A DNA stretch of 64,000 nucleotides. Origin: Octopus sinensis (taxonomy: Eukaryota). A model generated the notes under the pieces. That model saw only the letters and a list, made by a program, of their open reading frames with translations, was not told where the DNA came from and did not search any database. Shown in pieces: positions 52,151 to 63,985 of this stretch (position 1 is the stretch's first letter; every line of letters begins with the position of its first letter). The translations under genes and the position numbers were made by a program. Location of the stretch: contig NC_043001.1 of assembly GCF_006345805.1 (NCBI RefSeq), forward strand, positions 26,350,001 to 26,414,000, in the 5' to 3' direction.

Positions 52151-52825
52151 CAAAAACAAATTTGAAACTAAAAATAAAATATTTGTCAATCAGAATTATT
52201 CGATAAAGCAAAAACTCAAGAGAAAGTTTGTACAGATATACACGCAGAAGACTTCTGTCTTTAGAAATGGCAATAAGACAATAGTGACAAAGTAAAAAGG
52301 AGAGCTATAGATATACAAACACATAAAATATTTAAGATTAGCATGAATTATAACAATGCAATAAGTTAAAGAAAATTTATTCTCTGTGGTAGGGTGCAAG
52401 GTTTTTTTATAATAGGAGGATATATAAACTATGGTATGCACCCTGTTACTTTACTGATTGGTAAAATTGTTCCAAGAAACATAAAAAGAAATTGTATATC
52501 ACAAATCAATTCAGCCCAGTACTTCAATATTTATGTCAAATTCTTCACCCTAAGGAATTCATGAAATTTGATATTAGTAAAATGGTACTACTAACTATTT
52601 CTTTCTAATGTGTATACTCACTCTCCCACTTCTCTTTTAAAATATGTACATATAAATAATTAAAATATCAGGTTTATATAACCTAATATCACTAAACGGC
52701 ATGTATAGGCATTGTTTTGTTATTTCGTTTTATTTTTCAGATAGGCAAAATATAGTCCTAAAAACAATTACAAAAGTATGAGACAAAGTGGGAAGAGGTG
52801 ACAATATTAATGGCACCATAGGAAA

Positions 52826-52872
<47 letters not shown>

Positions 52873-53029
52873 CACATGCACACACACATGGTTATGTGGT
52901 TAAGAAGTTTGCCTTGCAACTACATGGTTTCAGGTTTAATCCTATTCAAAGACATCTTGAGCAAGTGTTTTCTATCAAAATCTTGAACCAACCGATGGTT
53001 TTGTAAGTGAAATTTGCTGGCTGGAAGCA

Positions 53030-53225
53030 TGGTAACCACACTAGTGCTGGTGATATGGAGAAAAAAAATCACCAGGCGCACACTGTGATGTGGTTGGCAT
53101 TAGAAACGGTATCCAGCCAGAGAACCATAGCAAAGCAGAGACAGGAGCATAATGCAGTTCTTGAGCCCATAAAATCCTGTCAAACCACCCAAATCATGCC
53201 AACATGGATATTAAATGATGATGAC
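53030..53225 (+). mobile_element. RTE-type 3' end, decayed
   Basis: gtggttggcattagaaacggtatccagcc...catgccaacatggatattaaa(tga)n. Confidence 0.65.
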
Positions 53226-55599
53226 ATGAAAATGTGTGTGTGTGTGTTTTCTCATGGGCAGCTGTAGCCCACATACACAATATGCACGCAGTTTTAGTGG
53301 TTTAATGTCATAAAGACCAGCTGGGATACTTTACTTCAAAAAACTTGAGAGAGATGGATGTAAAAATGACAAGGATGATGGCGATGATTTAAGATATTGA
53401 TTCATAACTTTGGCATAAGATGACAAATATGTACAAATGAGATATGGACAAGTAAATAAACCTCAATATATTAATGATGCTCAGGATAGAAAGTGAAAAT
53501 AACTCTGAGATTTGAGCTCAGAATGAAACTAAATACTGCTAATTAAATCAATGTTAACATAATTAATGTAGGAAACATTAAAAAGAGTTAATTAGAAACA
53601 ATTATGAATCAAGGAAAAAGCAATTAGTCAAAGATTAATATCAATATTTTTTAAGAGTATGGAAGATAACTCTCGACATGTTTCTATATCATTCTGACCT
53701 CATTGGCAAAGCATACTGCAAGCATTTTTTTAGACCTGTACCCTACCATATCTAATCCCTACCACATCCTACCTCTGCATAATTAAAATATTAACAGTGA
53801 TAAATAAATGGGAAAATTTTTTAGTAACTAATTATTGCATCTATGCAGTAAAACCAACAATATTTTATAAAAATTCTCCAAGTTTAATATGTATAAAACA
53901 ATGCAATGAAAGATTTCTGATTTAGAAAGAATTTACCAAACTTGCTGACTTACAATACGAATTCAGGGTATCTTAATTAATATATACACAGATGTAATTA
54001 ATAACTAATTAGAATATTTACAAACAAAGGAAAATATTTCTTTAAAAATCTGTTAGAAAACCCCTTTTTTTAATTATTATTCTCACAGTAAGATTAGTTT
54101 TGAACAAGCAAAGTTCTTGATTTAAAAATTATTTTTAATCAAGGCAGATTTAAATTATGAACATCATGTCCCAATCTGAAACAATTTGAAAAATATTTGC
54201 TGTGAAATTGTTCATTAATTAAGCAATTAAACTGATAGTTTTCTAAAGACATAGCTAGGTTTGTTTATTCATTCATACATACATAACATATGTACATATA
54301 TGTATACATATGTACACTCACATTTCGTATGTATGCATGTATGTATATACACATTGAAATTTACAATTTTGCTCTTTAATAGATTCCAGCAGCAGATATT
54401 TATAAGCATTCCAAGCATTTTCCTAAGAAATAGAAATTTAAAGCTTTTTCCTTTGATGTTGTTTCATCCAAATTCCCTTTTTGTAGTTATCTACATAACC
54501 ACTATTATGGTTTTAACAATCAAAATTTAAGCAATCAAAATTTAATGGCTGTCTGGTTAGGAAATTTGCTTCATAAACTACATGGTTCAACTTCAATCCC
54601 ACTGCACATTTTAGCCAAGTGCTTTCTATCAATGCCTTGAATTGATCAATGTCTTACATTTTTTAAAAAACATTTAGCTGAAGGAGGTGAGTAGGCGTCA
54701 TCTATGACTTTTGCAGGTTCTTTCAGACTCGCAGTATTAATGTGGTTAATGTTCTGTTTGAACAAGCAGTGTATATAAGACAAATTTTGGTTCCATATGA
54801 AGTGTTTAGTATAGGGGCTCATGAATGAGACTTAGAGAAGAAGCTTAATATTGGTAATGTAAGCAATCATTAGAGAAATGTGAGGTAACATTTGCTATGA
54901 TTTTAAGTGTTTTAAATGTGTTGTTCAATCTTTAGGACTCTGTGTGTGTGTGTGTGTGTGTGGTAATTACATCTTCATGCTGTTGAAGGAGACTGACCTC
55001 ATTGATGTTTTTGGGGTCTTTGTTTAGAAAGAAGTGCAAAGTCTAGTATGTGGAAACTGTGCAGAAGCCCTCTATATTATATATAGTGTATGAGTAAATC
55101 TTTTGGCAAAAGGATGTAAATACAGCAAGAAAGTATCCTATCTATATTTGTTCTGCACCCAATTCACAGACTCATCAGAATGGTCAGTGAATCAATGATT
55201 GGCCAGTTGGGAACCTCTTAGCAACAGTATATTTGGTCATAAATTGCAATATAAAATATAAGTAAATGAATATTATATTTCTCAATCTTAATATTCAATT
55301 TATTTATGGCAGACTCAGGTGAACCTCAAAGTTCACCTATTTTTCCCATGCCCATCTTTCTTTAGATAAACACTCAGCTTGATATTACATTCTAACCCCC
55401 ACACACAGCCTACACAGATGATACCACCCTTCGTTCTTTCTGAAAGGTATCATCAACCTACACCCCATACCAAATAGTGCACTTGAATAAAATCTCAAAA
55501 ACATTTCCCAATAAGGACAGTCTCCTTCAACAACTCAAAATATCATTACTACACATATAACGGAAACTAACTTGCACAACACCACCCTAAAGCATGAAT

Positions 55600-55658
55600 A
55601 ACCCTTAAAGTCATAGTTGAAACCCTTAAAGTCATAGTTGAAACCCTTAAAGTCATAG
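55600..55658. repeat. 21-bp tandem repeat x2.8 (aacccttaaagtcatagttga)
   Basis: Direct reading. Confidence 0.93.
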
Positions 55659-57313
55659 CAAATATTAGTTTTCATAAATCTCTGATGATCTCTCACACCC
55701 CAAACACTAAGCTTCTATGTTTCACCTACCACAATACTAAACTATAGACCCTATATTAAACACCATGCTCAATCATTCTGAAGTTCAGATAGTACCAACA
55801 CTTTTCCAACATACACCATACTGTAAAGTCCAAAAGGAAACATAAACCACATCAATCTCATCAGTCTGAAAGAAGCTGCAAAAGTCACTGGTGCTTGCAG
55901 GCAAACCAATCCTCCAACTAAATATTTAAAAGAGATGCAAATTCATTTTCAAAATGCTGAAGTATCACAAACTCAAACCATGTCCTAGTTAAGCTCTGAA
56001 TCAAACTAAATTATCAAACATGCATGACATAACTCCAGAAATGTATGTTCGACAATTCATTACACCACAAAGTAATATATAAGATTAATCTGAACAAAGC
56101 CCGACAGGGGTGTCCTAGCATTTAAAAATTAGTCTGTATTCAATTCTTTTTGTTTATAACAATAAAGGTTAGTGACAGAATAAAGCTGGAGGTACTTTTG
56201 CAGTTCTGTTTTGTATAATAATATGAAACCAAAAATTTCTAAAGATGTATCAACAATTCTAGACAAAGAGTGCAGGGAGGAAGGATAAAAAGAAAACAAC
56301 TGACTATCATAACTAAAAGAGCTTTGGATGAATTCCATATACAATATCTAATAAGCACAAAATAAAGTTAAGCATGTATTACTGGCTGGCTATAATGTTA
56401 ACCTTAGCATAACATCAACTATTAGAATAGGGGGTGTAAAAAGAAGATAAGCTTTTTAAAAACCTTATCTTCTCACTTTACTCTGATATGAGAAAATATG
56501 ATTCTGTTCTCTAGAAGAATTGTTTTCTTTTATTTTACCAAAATACCAGCAAGCATAAACCTATTTCTTTTTTTTTTAATATGAAATCCAGTCACTATTT
56601 GCTCCAGTTTCATGAAAGTTTTCAAATTCTCCTTAAATTCTTTTCTATGATTGAGTAATTCTTCCTTTTAACATTTATTTGAATGACAGAATGTTTTTAG
56701 TTTTACTGTTTTAAATTGTATTTTATGTAAATAAAAAGCTTTCAATAGAATTTGTCATAAAAATTTAATTGCTAAACTTTCCCTATTTCAAAATCTCTTA
56801 GGTGTCTTAAAAAATAGTTAATATTGTTTACATATTTCATATAATTTGAAAATATCAAGACTCCAGTTAGAAAAAAATAGCTATGCCAATGTACACAAAA
56901 TCCAAATACATTAAAATAGTAACATCACCTTTGATAGAATCATTTTTCTCATCAACAGATCTAATAAAGATGTAAAGCACATTAGATTGATATCAAGTGA
57001 AAAAAAAGAAGATATCAAGACTAAATTTGATAAGATCATAAATAAAGTATAAAATAACTGAATTACCTCTGGATAGAAAAAAGAAAGTTTAGGGCAATGT
57101 TCAGTGCATACTCTTCCCAAAAAGAAAACAAAAATGTCTGAGAAACTAATTTATTAGTTAGAGATTATCATACAGATATATCAAACTGTTTTACTACAAA
57201 GATATTTAATTTAACAGACTACATTAGTATATATATATATATATTATATATATATATATTATATATATATATATATAATTCAAATCTTAGGTCTGATCTG
57301 GATTTTATTTCAT

Positions 57314-57385
57314 TTAGTGTTAGATTATCAGATAAGATTCCTGACTTTCATCCAAGTGGCCTGGGTTCAAATCCCAGCATCTGAA
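57314..57385 (+). pseudogene. Degenerate tRNA-Glu(TTC)-derived sequence
   Basis: gattcctgactttcatccaagtggcctgggttcaaatccc resembles eukaryotic tRNA-Glu(TTC) GATTCCTGGTTTTCACCCAGGTGGCCCGGGTTCGACTCCC; stems contain mismatches. Confidence 0.55.
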
Positions 57386-57399
57386 TGGAAGTTAATTTT

Positions 57400-57750
57400 A
57401 GGTACAGACATGGTTGTGTAGTTAAGAAGCTTGCTTTGCAACCACATGGTTTTGGGTTCTGTCCCACTGCATAGCACCTTGGACAAGTGTCTTCTACTAG
57501 AGCTCTGGGCCAACCAATGCCTCGAGAGTGAATGTGGTAGATGGAAACTGCATAGAAATCCATCGTGTGCATGTGTCCTCACTCGACAACCAGTGACAGT
57601 TTGTTTACATCCCAATAACGTAGTAGTTTTGGTAAAAGAGACTGACAGAATCAATATCAGACTAAAAAGATAAGTACTGGGGTTGATTTGTTTGACTAAA
57701 CCCTTCAAGTAGGGGCCCCAGTATGGCCACAGTGCAATGACAAACAAATT
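57400..57750 (+). mobile_element. SINE family A, decayed
   Basis: Head/core/tail recognisable. Confidence 0.75.
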
Positions 57751-57808
57751 ATTAAATGTATAAAGGAAACAATAAAGAAATGTAAGAAATAAATAATTTA
57801 AAACATTC

Positions 57809-58038
57809 TTAACCCTTTCGTTACTGTATTTTATTTTGAGATGCTTTGTGTTTCTTTCAATTACTTTAAATATATCAAAGAATTTAGTAAAATAACTTAA
57901 TTATCATTCAGCTAGTGTTAGGAACATAAATTGTGACTAGGGTTTGGTGCAAGATTTTAATTCAAAACTTATGAAAACAAGGCATTTGTACAACAGAGCC
58001 AGAGCCGGTTTCAGTCGGGTTAGTAAGGAAAGGGTTAA
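57809..58038. mobile_element. piggyBac-type MITE
   Basis: TTAA-ccctttc ... gaaaggg-TTAA. Confidence 0.82.
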
Positions 58039-58635
58039 GTAATTCAAAACATTTAGTAACTAATGTTTTATGGTAATATTTTGCATGAAAACTTTTAGTC
58101 TGCACTTTCCATGAAAAAAGTTTGCAATGTTAAGAAATGTCATCATCATCATCATCACTATTTTAAGTGCATTTTACAATTTCTATGCTATCATGGACTG
58201 GACAGGATGTCCTGGTTGGAGCCAGTTATTTAGAATCACCAGCCTGCTAGACAGCTCAGAGGACCATATCTTGCTCATATGTTCCATTTTTACTTGAATT
58301 CTATTATTAGATTCTCTTCTTAACACCAACTGTTGTACAGAGCATATTGGGTGTATTTTATTAAGGCAGTAATGCTGAAGAGGTTGCCATGTTCTCAATA
58401 GGGCAAAACTAAGCAATATTATTAGTTGATGGATAAAAACATTAATATCAGACAAAATGTATGGTATACTAGTTACAACCATTTATGGTCTCAGTTCTAA
58501 TCCTACTGACATCAACTTTGCCTTTCATCTTTCTAAGATCAATGAAATTACCAATCACATACTGGAGTCAATTTGACTATATCCTCCCCTAAAATTTGTG
58601 TCCTGGACCAATGTTAGAAATCAAAATTATTAATA

Positions 58636-59044
58636 GGCGCAGGAGTGGCTGTGTGGTAAGTAGCTTGCTTACCAACCACATGGTTCCAGGTTCCGTCCCA
58701 CTGTGTGGCACCTTGGGCAAGTGTCTTCTAATATAGCCTCGGGCCGACTGAAGCCTTGTGAGTGGATTTGGTAGACGGAAACTGAAAGAAGCCCGTCATA
58801 TATATGTATATGTATATATATGTATGTGTGTGTTTGTGTATCTGTGTTTGTCCCCCCAACATAGCTTGACAACCTATGTTGGTGTGTTTATGTCCCCGTC
58901 ACTTAGTGGTTCGGCAAAAGAAACCGATAGAATAAGTACTAGGCTTACAAAGAATAAGTCCTGGGTTCAATTTGCTTGACTAAAGGTGGTGCTCCAGCAT
59001 GGCCACAGTCAAATGACTGAAACAAGTAAAAGAGTTAAAAAGTA
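58636..59044 (+). mobile_element. SINE family A, full length
   Basis: ggcgcaggagtggc...gtaaaagagttaaaaagt. Confidence 0.9.
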
Positions 59045-59894
59045 GAGTAATAACAAAACCTCTTATAAAATATACATATATAATTACAACTCAAGTTTTT
59101 TTATATTTAATGTTTAATTTTCAGCTTTCAATATTATTTCAGTTTTTTTATATATTTTTTGTTGGGGGGGAGTCCCTATTGAAATATAACCGTAAGTATT
59201 ATAAAATTGTTTAATTCCCAACAACAAATTAAATCTAATGAAATATAAATATTGAGGAAGTGTACATAACCAGTTTATACAACTCATTGCTGTAGTCCTA
59301 CAACCAAAAATAACTCCCTCGTCCACATTTCAAACCACAAATGCCTAAACATATTCAGTCATGTTCCTGAACAATAATACAATATCCTCTCTAAATCTGA
59401 TCAAAACAAACACAAACTACATAAACATATCAAAATATCTGTAGCATAGACTGAACGACAGCAAATCAAGAATTGCAAACATTTGATTTGCTATAACAGA
59501 ACTAATCATTCAACTCAATAATAACTAAAGTGCCATTTGAATTAGCATTTAACAAATTCTGCAAAAGGTAAAGTCCCTTGACAAAATTTCACTGTTTTTC
59601 ATGATCCTTTCAGGTAGTCCAGTTGAGAGCACAGATAATGTGTGCACAATTATATATCATCATCATCATCGTTTAACGTCCGCTTTCCGCGCTAGCACGG
59701 GTTGGACGGTTTGACCGGGTCTGGGAAGCCAGGGGCCGCTCCAGGCTCCAGTCTGAATCTGGCAGAGTTTCTACGGCTGGATGCCCTTCCTAACGCCAAC
59801 CACTCCGTGAGTGGATTGGGTGCTTTTTACGTGCCACCTGCACAGGGGCCGGAGGGTCCGGCATCGTCACGATCGGTTCGAGCATTTTAACGTG

Positions 59895-61190
59895 TCAGCG
59901 GCACGGGGGCAACGAGGTCCGGGGTACTTTGGGGATCGGGGTACTTTGGGGATCCGGGGTACTTTGGGGATCCGGGGTACTTTGGGGATCCGGGGTACTT
60001 AGAATGGGTAGGGGGTATGTGGAATTGCTGCAGAAAGCAGCCCGGGTCTTTGTAGTCACAGCATATCTCCAGAGATCTCGGTCCTTCGTCATTGCCTCAG
60101 TGAGGCCCAATGCTCTGAGGTCATGCTTGACCACCTCATCCCATGTCTTCCTGGGTCTACCTCTCCTCCTGATACCTTCAACTGTTTGGGAGTGGCACTT
60201 CTTCACACATCTCTCTTCATCCATCCGCAGCACATGACCATACCATCGCAAGCGTCGCTCTTGCACACCACATCTGATGCTTCTTATGTCCAGCATTTCT
60301 CTCAGGATACTTACACTCTGTTTTGTGTGCACACTGACACTACACATCCAGCGGATCATGCTAGCTTCATTTCTTTCAAGTCTACGCATGTCTTCTGCAG
60401 TCACAGCCCATGTTTCATTACCGTGAAGCATGGCAGTTCGCACACATGCATCATACAATCTACCTTTTGCTCTGAGGGAGAGGCCTTTTGTTGCCAGTAG
60501 GGGTAGGAGCTTTCTGAACTTTGCCCAGGCTATTCGTATTCTAGTGGTGATACTCTCTGTGCATCCACCTCCGCTACTAACTTGGTCTCCCAGGTAGCGG
60601 AAACTATCAACTACTTCTAGTTTCTCTCCCTGGAGTGTGATGGAATCTGTTTTCTGAGTGTCTGTTGTGTCTATTGTCCCTGTGCATCTGCCGCACATGA
60701 AAGCTATCTTATCTGTTAATTTCCCTTTAATGTTGCTGCACCTCTTATGTGTCCATAACTTACATTGGGTGCATCTTATGGAGTTTCTACCTGTACCTTT
60801 CCTACAGGTTGAGCAGGGCCATCTACCCGAGGGGATGTGTGTTGAGTACCTCTTGCTGCTTACTAATACTTTGGTCTTTGCTACATTTATTCTAAGGCCC
60901 TTTGATTCCAACCCTTGCTTCCACACCCGAAATTTCTCTTCTAGTTCCGGTAGTGATTCTGCTATGAGAGCTAGGTCATCGGCATAGAGGAGCTCCCAGG
61001 GGCATCCCGTTTTGAATTCCTCTGTTATTGCCTGAAGGACTATGATGAATAAAAGGGGACTGAGGGCTGAGCCCTGGTGTACACCTACTTCTACTCGGAA
61101 TTCTTCACTATATTCGTTGCCAATCCTAACCTTGCTAACAGCCTCTCTGTATAGAGCCTGTACAGCCCTTATTAGCCATTCTTCATATAT
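59895..61190 (-). CDS. RTE LINE ORF2 C-terminal part: reverse transcriptase with an inserted PHD-type zinc finger (truncated, no true start)
   Basis: Frame stays open upstream of the tracked GTG start: EEWLIRAVQALY...GVHQGSALSPLLF...LLYADDL...GLRINVAKTK...FRYLG...RRLRWYGHV...GRPRKTW; in-frame TAG at 61191-61193. Confidence 0.9.
   Translation of the reverse strand: MYEEWLIRAVQALYREAVSKVRIGNEYSEEFRVEVGVHQGSALSPLLFIIVLQAITEEFKTGCPWELLYADDLALIAESLPELEEKFRVWKQGLESKGLRINVAKTKVLVSSKRYSTHIPSGRWPCSTCRKGTGRNSIRCTQCKLWTHKRCSNIKGKLTDKIAFMCGRCTGTIDTTDTQKTDSITLQGEKLEVVDSFRYLGDQVSSGGGCTESITTRIRIAWAKFRKLLPLLATKGLSLRAKGRLYDACVRTAMLHGNETWAVTAEDMRRLERNEASMIRWMCSVSVHTKQSVSILREMLDIRSIRCGVQERRLRWYGHVLRMDEERCVKKCHSQTVEGIRRRGRPRKTWDEVVKHDLRALGLTEAMTKDRDLWRYAVTTKTRAAFCSNSTYPLPILSTPDPQSTPDPQSTPDPQSTPIPKVPRTSLPPCR
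59919..60000. repeat. GC-rich 18-bp minisatellite (ccggggtactttggggat) x~4.6, read through as STPDPQ repeats
   Basis: Direct reading; one unit is 17 bp. Confidence 0.93.
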
Positions 61191-61426
61191 CTATTTATAT
61201 ATATACTAGTGGGTGACAAGTTCAAGAATAAGATATGTCTGGCCACTTAGGATAAACTACTCAAAGATAAGTATGAAAGTGAGTAAAAATATTTAATCCA
61301 TACTTGTTCGTCTGAAACAATAGATTCTGTTTTGCCTGAACGAACCATAGGGATAACAGAACATATTTTGTTGGCAAATGATGACAAACTGAATATTTTT
61401 ATAACTATGTGTATAGACACACACAC

Positions 61427-61810
61427 GGTGGACGCGCAATGGCCCAGTGGTTAGGGCAGCGGACTCACGGTCATAGGATCGCGGTTTCGATTCCCAGACC
61501 GGGCGTTGTGAGTGTTTATTGAGCGAAAACACCTAAAGCTCCACGAGGCTCTGGCAGGGGATGGTGGTGATCCCTGCTGTACTCTTTCACCACAACTTTC
61601 TCTCACTCTTACTTCCTGTTTCTGTTGTACCTGCATTTCAAAGGGCCGGCCTTGTCACTCTCTGTGTCACGCTGAATATCCCCGAGAACTACGTTAAGGG
61701 TACACGTGTCTGTGGAGTGCTCAGCCACTTACACGTTAATTTCACAGGCTGTTCCGTTGATTCGGATCAACCGGAACCCTCGTCGTCGTAACCGACAGAG
61801 TGCTTCCCCC
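61427..61810 (+). mobile_element. tRNA-derived SINE family D, tail type 1, 12-bp TSD
   Basis: A-box tggcccagtgg and B-box ggtttcgattccc; flanked by agacacacacac (61415-61426, 61811-61822). Confidence 0.88.
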
Positions 61811-62202
61811 AGACACACACACATACATGAACATAAAATTGGGCCTCTCGGATGGAGTTAAGATATATTTAAAAAATTAAGACAATTAGCTGTTAAACTG
61901 ATAATGCTTATTGTATCACATGTAGAAATTGTTGACACAACAGTGGCTTTAAGCAATTAGTTTAATCAAAATATATGCTCAAAGGACTTTAGAACTCTAA
62001 GTTACAAGATTTTATTCAATCTACAAACATATCTACTTTGTACTTCTTTACAATTAAAATTTTTTTAAAATTAATGCTTTACACTAAGTATAAACTATTA
62101 TCTTATATACATAAATACTAATTATTTCAACAGCTTTGTTTCACGCTCGTAACCTTACAAAACTAATTTCTATGTAATGTCTTGTGACTATATGAAAAAA
62201 GA

Positions 62203-62231
<29 letters not shown>

Positions 62232-62233
<2 letters not shown>

Positions 62234-62375
62234 TGGCATTTAGGAAGGGTATCCAGCCATAGAAACCATGCCAAAACAGACAATGGGGCCTGGTATTGCC
62301 TCCAGCCTTACCAGCTCCTATCAAACCATCCAACCCATGCCAGCATGGAAAAGATGTTAAATTATAATGATAATA
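62232..62375 (+). mobile_element. RTE-type 3' end, decayed
   Basis: ttggcatttaggaagggtatccagcc...aacccatgccagcatggaaaag. Confidence 0.7.
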
Positions 62376-62636
62376 TAGTTATGGATGATTATTTGAGATT
62401 ATTGCCAAAGCGAAGAATGGAAACAAAGTTCAAAATACATAATAAAAGAAAAAAAGGAAAGGTTGAGTCAACAAGGAATAAACACTATAATATAACTGGT
62501 ACTTTTTTATCCTTCCCCAAAGGATAATGTTAAAGTTAACATTTGAAACCTGAACACAAACACACAGAAATAAAAACTCTAATGCAGTTGATCTTTCATT
62601 CTTGCTATCCTATAATCTCTGAAAATTTGTATAATA

Positions 62637-62936
62637 TATCACGTGATCACGTGACCGACCAGGCCTCAGATGTTGCTGGTCACAATGCGCTTCTCATTGT
62701 TTTAGCCTTCAATGATGCCACCCCACTGGCTAAGCAAGCAGGCCAACAGAAGAAAGAGTGAGAGAAAGTTGTGGTGAAAGAGTACAGCAGGGATCACCCC
62801 CACCCACTGCCGGAGTCTCGTGGAGGTTTAGGTGTTTTCGCTCAATAAATACTTACAACACCCAGTCTGGGAATCAAAACTGCGATCCTACGACTGCGAG
62901 TCAGCTGCCCTAACCACTGGGCCATTGCGCCTCCAC
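62637..62936 (-). mobile_element. tRNA-derived SINE family D, tail type 2
   Basis: Reverse complement shares the first ~190 bp with 61427 then diverges, ending ggtcacgtgatcacgtga. Confidence 0.88.
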
Positions 62937-63845
62937 GCATAATCTATACTAATAAGTTAATATAGAAAAGCACAAATGAGTAGAAAAAAAAGATCCTGCA
63001 TTTTGATGTAGATCAAAAAGCCAAGTAACAAATTAATTATAAAAGAAAAAAAGATTGCAAAGTTTGAACTTCAAACAATACAATACAATGGAGAAATATT
63101 TAATAAAACTGATAGTACAATTAATATACTTATAATATTCTAAATCAAAGATACATCCCTTTCAAGCTGAATCTGGCTCAGAAAATCTATCCAATAATTG
63201 ATTAGGAGATAATTTGCTAATTTCAATTAAGAATGATATGCAGTTATTAAATACAATTTAAGATGCATAAATGACTTCTAAAGTATTGTTTTGATACAGT
63301 GCTTGAAAATATAATTATTTTTCAACAAGCTAACCAACATAGCTACATCAATAGTTGTGCTACATATACGAACAAATATGATAAGCTTGAAAAGAACCAT
63401 ATGTGTATATATATATATATATTGTCTCTGCATTGGCACACATACAACTTTTACCTTAACTACCAAACAATAAATCTTTGAAAATTATTAATACCCCAAA
63501 ACATCTCAGGAAGCATCTAAAAATAGAAAGTCTCAGATAAAGCTATTTGAAACGTATCAAATTTAATACAGATAAAAAGAAGCATGCTTATCTGATTCAC
63601 CATATCTTCATAGTCCCTAGCCTTAACATTGTAAGTGAAGGAAGAGAGCTACTGTTCTGCATTATCTGAAAATAATCACCCTGCATATTCACATCCCTTT
63701 GTATTTTTTTAAAATCCAATTTGCATACCAGATGAATTATTAATTTTCATACAACTAAAACTTGAGATTTTTTTTTTGTTTTAGATAAAATGCAATTTAC
63801 GTGTGTGCTTGTGTAATTTAAGTATTAGCAAACTCAAATGATTTA

Positions 63846-63985
63846 TATGATATTTTATTTTATCACTCCCAAAAGTATGAAGGGTTAGAGTTGATCTTGG
63901 CAGGATTTGAACTCAGAATGTAAAAAGGTAAAAGAAATGCTGCAAGGTATTTTAATTTAATGTCCTAACAATTCTACCAATCCTA
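63846..63985 (-). mobile_element. SINE family C 5' part, decayed
   Basis: gaagggttagagttgatcttggcaggatttgaactcagaatg...ctaacaattctacc. Confidence 0.6.

Larger units (their letters stand above)
59657..61190 (-). mobile_element. Young 5'-truncated RTE-clade LINE
   Basis: Uninterrupted RT frame, 3' UTR, (GAT)n tail; TA-rich flanks at both ends. Confidence 0.95.

Noticed and set aside
55300-56110. C/A-rich block suggestive of a decayed Penelope or other TE ORF
   Set aside because: No diagnostic RT or GIY-YIG motif could be read with confidence
59919-60000. Regular direct repeats (also 46440-46640, 33373-33429, 55600-55658) as a CRISPR-like array
   Set aside because: Units are contiguous with no unique spacers; eukaryotic context with no cas genes
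61427-61500. Functional tRNA gene
   Set aside because: No proper acceptor stem or terminator; continues into a SINE body with a TSD and a second copy at 62.9 kb
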